This document shows positions 9,560 to 18,978 of a DNA stretch of 64,000 nt, piece by piece. Origin of the DNA: an uncultured Pelagibacteraceae bacterium. GTDB taxonomy: Bacteria; Pseudomonadota; Alphaproteobacteria; Pelagibacterales; Pelagibacteraceae. Within the stretch, counting starts at the first letter, position 1, and the number at the start of each line of letters is the position of its first letter. The stretch spans positions 12,702 through 76,701 of the forward strand of contig CACIGO010000002.1 in the NCBI GenBank assembly GCA_902586225.1. Direction: 5' to 3'. The notes beneath the pieces were generated by a model. The model saw only the letters and a program-made list of their open reading frames with translations. It ran no database searches and was not told where the DNA came from. A program made the position numbers and the translations under genes.

Positions 9560-10471
9560 TTAATCTAAAGCAACAACGGCTGCAGCTATAGAAGCAAGTC
9601 TTGCTGTCGCATCATCTGATCTACTTGTTATAACAACAGGTACTTTACCTCCAACAACTACGCCTGCTGCACATGCTCCCATAAAATAAATCATCATTTT
9701 TACAAGCGCATTTCCAGTTTCGACATTTGGAACTAATAATACATCAGCTTCCCCAGCAACTATATTCTCAATTCCCTTAATAGAAGCAGATTTTTTTGAA
9801 ATACTATTGTCAAATGCTAAGGGTCCAAAAATATCAGCATTAAAATTTTCTTTACTTGCCAATTCAGTTAATTCTTTAGCTTCAACCGAACTCTGTACAC
9901 TATCAATAACTTCTTCTGTCGCTGAAAGGATAGAAATTTTTGGTCTTGGAATATTAATTCTATGACTAAAATCTATAACATTTTTTAAAATATGCATTTT
10001 AGTTTTTAGGTTAGGAGAAACATTCAATGCTCCATCAGTTATGATTAATGGTTTATCATCTTTTTGTAATGTCATATGCCAAATATGACTTAGTCTTGTT
10101 TTTCCAATTAATTTATATTCTCTTCTAAGAACTTCTTTCATCAATATATCAGTATGAATATGTCCTTTTACTATAATTTTTACTTTATCTTCCGATGCAA
10201 GTTTGGTTGCAATTCCAGCTGTATTATTTTCAACTGGCTCATTAATTATTTCAAAATTTGATATATCAAATTTAAGTTCATCTGCGCATTCTTGTATTTT
10301 TTGTTTATCACCTATTAATATTGGGGTGATCAATTTTTCAGAGACAGCATCCATTACTGACATCATTGGTAATTTTTTACCTGCATTTACAATGGCTGCT
10401 TTTACACCTCTTTTTTGATGAGCTATATTAAGTAGATTTACAGGACAAACTGTGGATTTATCAGATAACAT
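9560..10471 (-). CDS. pta: Phosphate acetyl/butyryltransferase
   Basis: VKGHIHT, ITDGALNVSP, GPLAFDN, VPNVETGNAL, VITSRSD. Confidence 0.85.
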   Translation of the reverse strand: MLSDKSTVCPVNLLNIAHQKRGVKAAIVNAGKKLPMMSVMDAVSEKLITPILIGDKQKIQECADELKFDISNFEIINEPVENNTAGIATKLASEDKVKIIVKGHIHTDILMKEVLRREYKLIGKTRLSHIWHMTLQKDDKPLIITDGALNVSPNLKTKMHILKNVIDFSHRINIPRPKISILSATEEVIDSVQSSVEAKELTELASKENFNADIFGPLAFDNSISKKSASIKGIENIVAGEADVLLVPNVETGNALVKMMIYFMGACAAGVVVGGKVPVVITSRSDDATARLASIAAAVVALD

Positions 10472-10555
10472 ATGAGTTTAAATATTTGTTATGGTTCTAA
10501 ATATCAATATTTTTTATTACGTTCGATATAAAAATAGTTTAAAATTGAACAAACG

Positions 10556-11404
10556 ATGGAGATAGTTACAAAAATTGCACCTATAGCGTTAGCCCTTATA
10601 ATGTTAGGTCTTGGATTGGGCTTATCAACTAGAGATTTTTTAAGAGTTATAAATAATCCAAAAGATTTTACAGTCGGAATAATTTGTCAATTAATCCTTC
10701 TCCCAATCGTCGCTTATATTTTACTTTTAATATTAAGATTACCAGTTGAATTAGCATTAGGATTAATGATTATTGCTGCAGCTCCTGGAGGAGTAACATC
10801 AAATGTTTTAACAAAATTTGCGAATGGAGATGTTGCATTATCTATTTCGTTAACAGCAGTAGGTAGTTTAATTAGTATTTTTTCTGTTCCATTTATTGTT
10901 TTTTCTTCAGCAAAATTATTAGGTGTAACTGATTTATCCTCAGATATTACGATGACTGGTATTGCTCTTAAAATGGCACTAGTTGTAACTGTGCCAGTAA
11001 TTCTAGGAATGATAATTAGAAGATTTGCTGAAAACTTTATTTCTTCTAATATTAATATTGTAAATAGAATTACAGGTATTTTGTTTATTGTTGTATTTGC
11101 AGCAATATGGATTGAGGAAAGAGAAAATATAATATCATACTTAGGTCAAGCGGGTTTAGCTGTTTTAATATTAAACGTAGTCATGATGACTTTGGCATTT
11201 TACATTGCAAAAGGTTTTGCAACTGGAATACCACAGAGAAAATGTATTTCTTTAGAATGTGGATTACAAAATGGAACTTTAGCTGTATTTGTAGCAACAC
11301 AAATTTTCAATGATGTCGCTTACATGGTTCCCACCGCTGCTTATGCATTAGTAATGTATATAACTGGATTTATATTTATATATATTCTTAAAAATTCTAA
11401 TTAA
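10556..11404 (+). CDS. Bile acid:sodium symporter (BASS) family transporter
   Basis: MLGLGL, APGGVTSNV, GDVALSISLT, ECGLQNGTLA motifs. Confidence 0.9.
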   Translation: MEIVTKIAPIALALIMLGLGLGLSTRDFLRVINNPKDFTVGIICQLILLPIVAYILLLILRLPVELALGLMIIAAAPGGVTSNVLTKFANGDVALSISLTAVGSLISIFSVPFIVFSSAKLLGVTDLSSDITMTGIALKMALVVTVPVILGMIIRRFAENFISSNINIVNRITGILFIVVFAAIWIEERENIISYLGQAGLAVLILNVVMMTLAFYIAKGFATGIPQRKCISLECGLQNGTLAVFVATQIFNDVAYMVPTAAYALVMYITGFIFIYILKNSN

Positions 11405-12359
11405 GATTTATTTGATTGTAGGTTCTTTTTATAAAAACATTTATTGATTTTAAATTTTCGTCTTGGATTATCGACATATCTTTAAAATTTTGTTTGCTGA
11501 CATCAAAATTTATCAATTTATTTTTGTCTAAAGAAATAAATTTACTTTTAATTAATTTCTTGATTTTTCTTACTACTGTTGGTCTTGGTATTCCTGTTAT
11601 TTCAGAAATAGACATTGCATTAATTCCTTTTATTTTTTTATTAATAATTTTATCTCTCCATTTATCTAAATAACTATCAACTCCTTTAAGTTGCCTTCCA
11701 ATTTTTGAATTATTATTCAAAATTATAGTTGCTAAAATAGTAAATATTTCCATATCACCAAAATAATTTTTCCATCTTAAGCAGTAAGGGAATAAAAATT
11801 TATAAAATTGATACCAGCAAAATGAGAAATTATGTTTTATTAAATTGTTAATTTCATTACTGGACATTTCGTTTTTTACAACTTTTTCTTCTTTTAAAAT
11901 TTGACTAAAAACAGATAAAAGTGTGCATATATTTTTTAATGTATCATTTGGCTGTGTTGAATTGTAAGCACTTCTATCTATTGTAATCTTCTTGCCCTTT
12001 TTTTTAATTATTCCCCTTTTTTCCAGGGATATAATTTTTCTTCTGACACTTTCTTTTGGTATTTTAAGATCCTTTGATATTCTTATAAGGTTAATTTTCT
12101 CAATCTCTAATGATTTATCCTTATAAAAATCATTGAAAGTAATATTTAAATTATTACGTCTGTAAAAATCAAACTGCTTACTAATCAAATAAATTAAAAT
12201 CGTGTAAGTATCTATATCTTTAAACACTTTATAAGCACCGATTGTCCATTCAGACATAAGTTTTAAAAAAAAAGGACTTAAAATATCAAAATGATTTTTG
12301 AAAATTTTATCGATCAGTTCATCATCTAGTTCTGAATTTACACTTGGTAGCTGCTTCAT
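11397..12359 (-). CDS. Hypothetical protein with two winged-HTH-like repeats
   Basis: INLIRISKDLKIPKESVRRKIISLEKRGII and INAMSISEITGIPRPTVVRKIKKLIKSKFI. Confidence 0.7.
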   Translation of the reverse strand: MKQLPSVNSELDDELIDKIFKNHFDILSPFFLKLMSEWTIGAYKVFKDIDTYTILIYLISKQFDFYRRNNLNITFNDFYKDKSLEIEKINLIRISKDLKIPKESVRRKIISLEKRGIIKKKGKKITIDRSAYNSTQPNDTLKNICTLLSVFSQILKEEKVVKNEMSSNEINNLIKHNFSFCWYQFYKFLFPYCLRWKNYFGDMEIFTILATIILNNNSKIGRQLKGVDSYLDKWRDKIINKKIKGINAMSISEITGIPRPTVVRKIKKLIKSKFISLDKNKLINFDVSKQNFKDMSIIQDENLKSINVFIKRTYNQINLN

Positions 12360-12369
12360 AATGTATCAA

Positions 12370-12416
12370 AACCCAATTTGAACAATTTTAAAACTTGAGT
12401 CAACCCATTTTGAACA
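12370..12416. repeat. 15-bp imperfect direct repeat in divergent promoter (putative operator)
   Basis: aacccaatttgaaca (12370-12384) and aacccattttgaaca (12402-12416), 14/15 identical, 32-bp period. Confidence 0.6.
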
Positions 12417-12459
12417 GTTAAAATCTGTAAAATTTTTTACTTTATGTTTTAATAATTTA

Positions 12460-12666
12460 ATGAGTACTGAAAGCTTAAATAGAACATCTAATATTGAAAT
12501 ACCTGAAAAAAAACGAAGAGTAATTCGAATGTCCCCTCGTAAAGTAAATATAGATGTTCTAAAGAAACGAGTAATCACTGAAAAGAAAAAAGAGGCACTT
12601 CAGTCAAAAATAATAATACTTTCAGTCTGTTTATCTATTGGAATACTAGGTTATTTTGCAGGTTAA
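12460..12666 (+). CDS. Small hypothetical protein with C-terminal TM helix
   Basis: Basic N-terminus, KVNIDVLKKRV, C-terminal IIILSVCLSIGILGYF. Confidence 0.65.
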   Translation: MSTESLNRTSNIEIPEKKRRVIRMSPRKVNIDVLKKRVITEKKKEALQSKIIILSVCLSIGILGYFAG

Positions 12667-13673
12667 CTAGTTAAGAGAATATCTAAATCCTTTTTAATAT
12701 TTTTTGGAATTTTTATAGATTTTTTGGAGTTTGTTTTTGTTCTTAAATACTTTTGCTCCCCGGGATAAAATATTTTTTGTCCTTTTAAATTAGGTATTTT
12801 TTTTATTCTTTTAATATTTTTTTTTATCTCTTTTTTATAATCTTTAACAAATAGATTGTCTTTAAATGCTAAAAATAAGTGACCGATATTTTGTGGCCCA
12901 GAGAAATCATCAAATGGGTCTTTTACTTTGCCACCATGATTACTTCCAACAAATACTCCAGTTAAAATATCTACCATCCAGGCTAATCCAGATCCTCTAA
13001 ATCCAGCTATTGGAAGTTGTACCCCAGCAAGAGCTTCTTTTGCATTTGTAGTTGGTTTACCAAATTTGTTTAAAGCAACGCCATATGGTATTTTTTTTCC
13101 TAACTTTTCTGCAATCCTAATTTTACCTCTATTAATCATAGACATTGATGTATCTAGTATAAACGGAACCTTACTATTTGTTTGAGTTCCAAAACATATT
13201 GGATTAGTTCCAAAGACTGATTTTTTTCCACCAAAAGGCGCAATAGCTGGAGGAGCATTTGTAAATGCGAATGTTATTAAATTTTTTTTAACCGCTTGCT
13301 CAACGTAATACCCTGATAATCCATAATGTCCGCTGTTTTTTACAGCAACTAACCCAATCCCTGTTTTTTTTGCATTTTGTATAGTTTTTTTAATAGCCTC
13401 ATCTGCTGCAACAAAACCTATAGAATTATCAGCATCAATTATTGATATAGATTTTGATATATTTTTTACAGTAATTTTAGGTCTCGGATTAATGACTTTT
13501 TTTGAGATTCTTTCACAATACATTTTTAAACGAGACAATCCATGTGAAGGCGCACCTACAAGTTCCGCATTGATAATTGCATTTGCACAAATAATAGCAT
13601 GATTTGTTTTTAACCCTCTTTTTATAAAAATTTTTTTAATAATAGATTTAATTTTTGTATTATTTACAGACAT
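12663..13673 (-). CDS. Ldh_2 family oxidoreductase (ComC/malate/L-sulfolactate dehydrogenase-like)
   Basis: SHGLSRL, NSGHYG, FGTNPI, GFRGSGL, YPGE motifs; downstream of tauC. Confidence 0.85.
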   Translation of the reverse strand: MSVNNTKIKSIIKKIFIKRGLKTNHAIICANAIINAELVGAPSHGLSRLKMYCERISKKVINPRPKITVKNISKSISIIDADNSIGFVAADEAIKKTIQNAKKTGIGLVAVKNSGHYGLSGYYVEQAVKKNLITFAFTNAPPAIAPFGGKKSVFGTNPICFGTQTNSKVPFILDTSMSMINRGKIRIAEKLGKKIPYGVALNKFGKPTTNAKEALAGVQLPIAGFRGSGLAWMVDILTGVFVGSNHGGKVKDPFDDFSGPQNIGHLFLAFKDNLFVKDYKKEIKKNIKRIKKIPNLKGQKIFYPGEQKYLRTKTNSKKSIKIPKNIKKDLDILLTS

Positions 13674-13686
13674 TAATAGAATGAAA

Positions 13687-15612
13687 TTAACCTTTACCTC
13701 TCCAAGGTATTGTCTTATCTATAATTTTTCTCAAAGTTACATCAAAAAGAAGACCCAACATACCCATTATAAAAATTGTGATCCAAATTACTTCATATTG
13801 AAAATACTTTTTGGCAACATTTTCAACAAATCCAATTCCAGTTGTACCTGCTAAAAATTCTGCTGCAACCAAAGTTCCCCAACACATACCAACCGCCACT
13901 CTAATACCTGTTAAAATTTCAGGTAAAGAATTTGGAAAAATAACATATCTAAGTATTTGTCTTTTAGAAGCACCAAGAGAATGTGCTGCATGTATTTTAG
14001 ATAGCTGTGTACCTGATGCTCCAGCTCTAGCTGAAATGATCATTATAGACAATGAAACCATAAATAATAAAAATACTTTTCCAGTATTATCAATACCTAA
14101 AACCGAGATAATTAAAGGAGCCCACGCAAGAGGAGGTACTGGTCTATAAAGTTCAATTAATGGATCAAAGAAACCTTTAGCAAATCTATTTAAGCCCATG
14201 AAAAGTCCTAATGGTACACCAATCAATATTCCAAAAACTAATCCAAGAAAAACTCTTAAAAATGAATCCCAGATATGTCCATAAGGAACAGGAATTTTAA
14301 ATAATTTAAAATCGCCAGTAACAATTTTTAAAACTTTCCCTTTAAAATTTTGCTTAACCACACCATCTTTAGTGTGAACCGGATATTCTCCAGGCAAAAC
14401 ATCAGCTATCCAATCTGGCAATATAAAGCCAATTATTTGGCTTACATCCATCATATCAATCCAAAGAAGTGGGATATTTTTGTAACCTACACTTGGCTTA
14501 GACATTAAAATAAATTTATTAAGTGTATCTGAGGGTTTTGGTAACCATCTACCTGAACCTTGCTCAGAACAACTAGGACCACTTGCAACTATAGTTCCTG
14601 CAGGGAATAAAAGAATGTCAATTAATCTTAAACCCCCTTGCTCAGTTTTTTGAAGATTATCAAATTCAATAATTGCATTTTGCATTTCATTAAGAGCATT
14701 TGGTGGATAAATACTTGCAAATTCAATTCTTCTTGCAATTTTTACAATGTTTTTTGCGTAAGTAGATGCCACTTCCTCAGTGTCATCTAAATTTTTTCTA
14801 TATAATTTTATCTCTGATTTAAGTTCTTTTATTGCATTTTTGAATTGAGGATTATGGTTTCTTAATTTAAAAAATTTATCGTTAATTTTTTTTAATTGTT
14901 CAGCTGCAGCGTGAAATTTTAATCCTCTATCTGTTTCAGGCACTAAAGGCACTTCAATAGTATTTTCTATTGATCCTGTTCCGGCACTTACAGTTACTAT
15001 GCCCCAGCTTCCTTGCTCAGCAATTGCTTTTTGTCTTTCATTTTTTTGCTCTGGTGTTTCAAATGGATAATCTTTCTTTTGAAAATTAGTGCTTAACAAT
15101 CTAATTTCATCAGTCATCTCATCTATTTTAATTTTTGTGTTAATCTCCATTAGATTATCGTTAGTAAGTAATGGAATTAATTTGTTTGTTTTATTAATAA
15201 AACCAACTAATGCAGTTTTCTGTATGTTGCTTAAATCTGGCGAATTTTGAATTTCTAAACTTATTTTTTTAAGATTTTTATTTTCTATTTTTATTATTGA
15301 AGTACTTTTGAATTCTCTTTCTTCAATTGGAAATTGATATTTTAATCCTAATAAAGACTCATTTATTTTTGCGACCTGACATAATTCATTTGCTGATTTT
15401 GGATAAAATCCTTTTGCAATATCCCAAGAATAATAAAGCCAAACTAACAATATTGCACTGCTTCCGACAATTATCCAATGAGTTCCACCTTTTGCTCTTT
15501 CTGGATTTCCAAAAACTGCATCAACTTTTTCAGTTTTTATTAAACGTCTTCCATAAAGTATGCACCCGATAATTGATACGACAATTAATATTGTTATTAT
15601 TTGAGTAAACAT
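13687..15612 (-). CDS. tauC: Taurine/sulfonate ABC permease TauC with large N-terminal extension
   Basis: C-terminal about 200 aa canonical (HIWDSFLRV, RPVPPLAW, AAHSLGAS, LVAAE); in operon with tauA/tauB. Confidence 0.85.
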   Translation of the reverse strand: MFTQIITILIVVSIIGCILYGRRLIKTEKVDAVFGNPERAKGGTHWIIVGSSAILLVWLYYSWDIAKGFYPKSANELCQVAKINESLLGLKYQFPIEEREFKSTSIIKIENKNLKKISLEIQNSPDLSNIQKTALVGFINKTNKLIPLLTNDNLMEINTKIKIDEMTDEIRLLSTNFQKKDYPFETPEQKNERQKAIAEQGSWGIVTVSAGTGSIENTIEVPLVPETDRGLKFHAAAEQLKKINDKFFKLRNHNPQFKNAIKELKSEIKLYRKNLDDTEEVASTYAKNIVKIARRIEFASIYPPNALNEMQNAIIEFDNLQKTEQGGLRLIDILLFPAGTIVASGPSCSEQGSGRWLPKPSDTLNKFILMSKPSVGYKNIPLLWIDMMDVSQIIGFILPDWIADVLPGEYPVHTKDGVVKQNFKGKVLKIVTGDFKLFKIPVPYGHIWDSFLRVFLGLVFGILIGVPLGLFMGLNRFAKGFFDPLIELYRPVPPLAWAPLIISVLGIDNTGKVFLLFMVSLSIMIISARAGASGTQLSKIHAAHSLGASKRQILRYVIFPNSLPEILTGIRVAVGMCWGTLVAAEFLAGTTGIGFVENVAKKYFQYEVIWITIFIMGMLGLLFDVTLRKIIDKTIPWRGKG

Positions 15613-16410
15613 TTAATTTTCTTTTCCCATAATTTCTTCCTCCATGTTCCAAATCATGGATAAAATTTCTTCTCTTTTTGACGAAAAATCTTTATTTTTT
15701 TTTATTTCTCTTAAATCTTCTTTTAAACCCATCTCTGCAAATGGAAGATTATATTCTTTATGTATCCTACCTGGTCTTGGTGCCATTACGTACAACCTTT
15801 CACCAAGCAGTAGTGCTTCCTCAACCGAGTGTGTAATTAAAATAATTGTTTTTCCAGTTTCTTTCCAAATTTTCAAAACTAAAGATTGCATTTTTTCTCT
15901 TGTTAGAGCATCAAGAGCACCTAAAGGCTCATCCATTAAAATCAAATCAGGATCATTGATTAAACACCTTGCAAGAGCTACTCTTTGCTGCATTCCTCCA
16001 GACAATTGATATGTTGGGGTATTTCCAAATCCTTTTAAGCCAACAATCTCTAGCCACTCATCAACTTTTTTTGAAGTTTCTATAGGATCTTTTTTTTTCA
16101 TTCTAAGACCAAAGTTTACGTTCTCTGCAACAGTCAACCATTCAAATAATGCACCTTGTTGAAAAACCATGCCTCTTTCAACTCCAGGTCCATCAATTTC
16201 TTTACCATTCAAAGTTATATTTCCAGATGTTGGTCTTAAGAAACCAGCTGCAATATTTAACAAAGTTGTTTTTCCACAACCAGAAGGCCCAAGAACTGTT
16301 AGAAGTTCTCCTTTTTTTAATTTGAAATTTAAATCTTTTAAAGCATGAACAGTCTCTCCTTTTGGAGTTTTGAAAATCATGTTTAGATTTTGAGATATCA
16401 AATCACTCAT
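15613..16410 (-). CDS. tauB: Taurine ABC ATP-binding protein
   Basis: GPSGCGKTT, LSGGMQQR, MDEPLGALD, THSVEEA. Confidence 0.9.
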   Translation of the reverse strand: MSDLISQNLNMIFKTPKGETVHALKDLNFKLKKGELLTVLGPSGCGKTTLLNIAAGFLRPTSGNITLNGKEIDGPGVERGMVFQQGALFEWLTVAENVNFGLRMKKKDPIETSKKVDEWLEIVGLKGFGNTPTYQLSGGMQQRVALARCLINDPDLILMDEPLGALDALTREKMQSLVLKIWKETGKTIILITHSVEEALLLGERLYVMAPRPGRIHKEYNLPFAEMGLKEDLREIKKNKDFSSKREEILSMIWNMEEEIMGKEN

Positions 16411-16442
16411 TAGCTGACTTTATATAAAATATTTACTTAAAA

Positions 16443-16473
16443 AAATAGGCACCAATAAAATTGGCGCCTATTT
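16443..16473 (-). terminator. Stem-loop/terminator between tauA and tauB
   Basis: aaataggcaccaat-aaa-attggcgcctattt; U-run follows on the minus strand. Confidence 0.65.
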
Positions 16474-16492
16474 AATTATTCTAATCTTTAAA

Positions 16493-17434
16493 TTATAAAG
16501 GTAAGAAACTAGTGTCTACTGCTCCACCTGGAGTTCCCATTCCTTTTAAGAATGCATCTAAGTTTCCGCTTTCCATAGATTTTTTAGTTTCTTCTGGAGT
16601 TAAGAATTTAAAACCACTTAAAGTGTCTTTCATATCAGCAATTTTCATCTCTGAAGCTTTTGACATAGAATTCATATCACTTTTTCCATTTCTATATCTT
16701 TCATTTGCTTCATGAGTTACTTCAATAAAAGTTCTCAACATTCCAGGATTTTCCTTCATAAACTTGTCTGTTACAGAAGTAATATCTATTCCTAAAATAC
16801 CTGCATCTCTTGCTTCTTGAACAGTTAAAAGTCTTGATCCTACAGCAACTGCAGCTTTGATAGAATTACCACCAAATAGACATGCCATTACTACATCTCC
16901 ACTTACTAATGCAGCCGCACCTTCTTCAGGGTCCATTTGAATTATATCCATTTTGCTTCTGTCAGCTCCGACAACTTTCATACTTTCGTCGAAAACGTAC
17001 TCAGCCATAGTACCTAACGGAACAGCAACTTTTTTACCTTCTAATTCTGTTGCATTAGCTTTTGTTATTCCTGAAGCATTAGATGTTACACAAGTTGTTC
17101 CACCCATTCCGTACTCCATTGCAATATCAACTAATTTGATAGGTGCATTTGATTTTACAGCATTAATAAATGGTACTAAACCTTGTGAGTAAGAAATATC
17201 AATATCTCCTGCTAACATAGCATCTGTCATTGCCCCACCATTTGTGAAGTTTGTCCATTTTACTGGAACTCCTAAAGCTTTAGCAAAATTCTTTTTTTGC
17301 ATGTCCTCTAAATTTGGACTTGGCCACTCTAGAAAGTATGCAACTCTAACCTCGTTCGCAGCAGAGTTTGCTGCTGTGATTGTTAAGTTTAGAGCAAATA
17401 AACTTCCTAAAATGAAACTAATTATTTTTTTCAT
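16493..17434 (-). CDS. tauA: Taurine ABC substrate-binding protein
   Basis: Signal peptide, VAYFLEWP, GKKVAVPLGT; AGGAG SD; operon context. Confidence 0.85.
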   Translation of the reverse strand: MKKIISFILGSLFALNLTITAANSAANEVRVAYFLEWPSPNLEDMQKKNFAKALGVPVKWTNFTNGGAMTDAMLAGDIDISYSQGLVPFINAVKSNAPIKLVDIAMEYGMGGTTCVTSNASGITKANATELEGKKVAVPLGTMAEYVFDESMKVVGADRSKMDIIQMDPEEGAAALVSGDVVMACLFGGNSIKAAVAVGSRLLTVQEARDAGILGIDITSVTDKFMKENPGMLRTFIEVTHEANERYRNGKSDMNSMSKASEMKIADMKDTLSGFKFLTPEETKKSMESGNLDAFLKGMGTPGGAVDTSFLPL

Positions 17435-17625
17435 TTCATCTCCTGTTAATTAAATTTAATTATCGATATTTAAGTTTAAATTTTCTTTTAAGTAAATGAT
17501 GAATAAATTACACAGGCTTCAAAAGTCATAAGTTACAACCTATAGTTGCGGTCATTTAACATAGCAAGTATGACTAAAATTTACTGGTTAATTTATATAA
17601 TTAGTCTATGAATCGAAACATAATT

Positions 17626-18969
17626 ATGAGTTCAGAAAAACCTCAAATACCAAATTCTTTAAATGAACATTGGATGCCATTTACATCCAATAGAGATTTT
17701 AAAGAGTCTCCAAGATTAATTGTAGAAGCAAAAGGTGTTTATTTAAAAAATCATCAAGGTCAAACTCAGATAGATGCAAGCTCGGGATTATTTTGTAATC
17801 CTTTAGGTCATGGAAGAGAAGAAATTATTAATGCAATTACAAATCAGTTAAAAAAATTAGATTATGCTCAACCATTTCAACAAGGTTTTGGTGGTTCATT
17901 TGAACTTGCAACAAAAATTTCTAAACATACACCAGGAAATTTAAATAGAATTTTTTATACAATTTGTGGATCTACTGCTGTTGAGACTGCAATAAAAATT
18001 GCAGTTGCATATCATAAAGCAAGAGGTGAAGGACATAGATTTAGGTTTGTTGGAAGAGAAAGAGGCTATCATGGAATGAATATCGGAGCTACTTCTGTTG
18101 GCGGAATGATTAACAACGTGAAAACATTTGCCAATGTTTTGATGCCAGGTGTTCTTCACATGAGACATACACATTTACCAGAACATAAATTTGTTTCTGG
18201 TCAACCTGAAACTGGTATGGAAATGGCAGAAGACCTTGAGAGAATTTGTACAAATTTTGGCTCAGAAAATATAGCAGCTTGCATTGTTGAACCAATTGCT
18301 GGATCAACAGGAACTTTAGTTCCACCAAAAGGATATTTGCAAAGACTAAGAGAAATTTGCGATAAGCATGGTATTTTATTAGTTTTTGACGAAGTTATTA
18401 CAGGTTGGGGAAGAACAGGTTCACCATTTGCATCGCAAGAATACGGAGTTACACCTGATATTATAACAATGGCTAAAGCTACAACAAATGGAATAAGTCC
18501 TTTAGGTGCAGTAGCGTGTAAAGAAGAAATTTACGATACGGTTATGGATGGATCTCCAAAAGGAACAATAGAATTATTTCATGGTTACACTTACTCTGGA
18601 ATTCCAGTTTCAGTAGCTGCAGGCTTAGCGGTTCAAGATATTTTTGAAAAAGATGATATCTTTAATAGAGCAAAAAATTTATCTCCATATTTCCAAGAAG
18701 GTTTAATGTCTTTAAAAGATATTGATGTTGTTGATAACATAAGAGGTTATGGAATGATGGGTGGTATTGATATTAAAATGCATAAAAAACCTGGCGCAGC
18801 AGGATTTACATGTTTCAAACACTGTTATGATGCAGGAGTTAACTTTAAAGCGACTGGAGATTGTTTAATTATTGCTCCAATGTTTATCTGTGAAAAAAAA
18901 CATATTGATGAAATAATTGAGAAACTAAGAACTGGTATTACAAACTATTCAAAAAGCAAAAAAAATTAA
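17626..18969 (+). CDS. Class III omega-amino acid:pyruvate aminotransferase (probable taurine:pyruvate aminotransferase)
   Basis: HWMPFT, GYHG, EPIAGS, FDEVITGWGRTG, TMAK, HGYTYSG; divergent from tauA and followed by ald. Confidence 0.85.
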   Translation: MSSEKPQIPNSLNEHWMPFTSNRDFKESPRLIVEAKGVYLKNHQGQTQIDASSGLFCNPLGHGREEIINAITNQLKKLDYAQPFQQGFGGSFELATKISKHTPGNLNRIFYTICGSTAVETAIKIAVAYHKARGEGHRFRFVGRERGYHGMNIGATSVGGMINNVKTFANVLMPGVLHMRHTHLPEHKFVSGQPETGMEMAEDLERICTNFGSENIAACIVEPIAGSTGTLVPPKGYLQRLREICDKHGILLVFDEVITGWGRTGSPFASQEYGVTPDIITMAKATTNGISPLGAVACKEEIYDTVMDGSPKGTIELFHGYTYSGIPVSVAAGLAVQDIFEKDDIFNRAKNLSPYFQEGLMSLKDIDVVDNIRGYGMMGGIDIKMHKKPGAAGFTCFKHCYDAGVNFKATGDCLIIAPMFICEKKHIDEIIEKLRTGITNYSKSKKN

Positions 18970-18978
18970 TTTAATTCT

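Noticed and set aside
12366-12578. 70-aa minus-strand ORF
   Set aside because: Antisense to the more plausible 12460-12666 gene and spans the repeat-containing promoter
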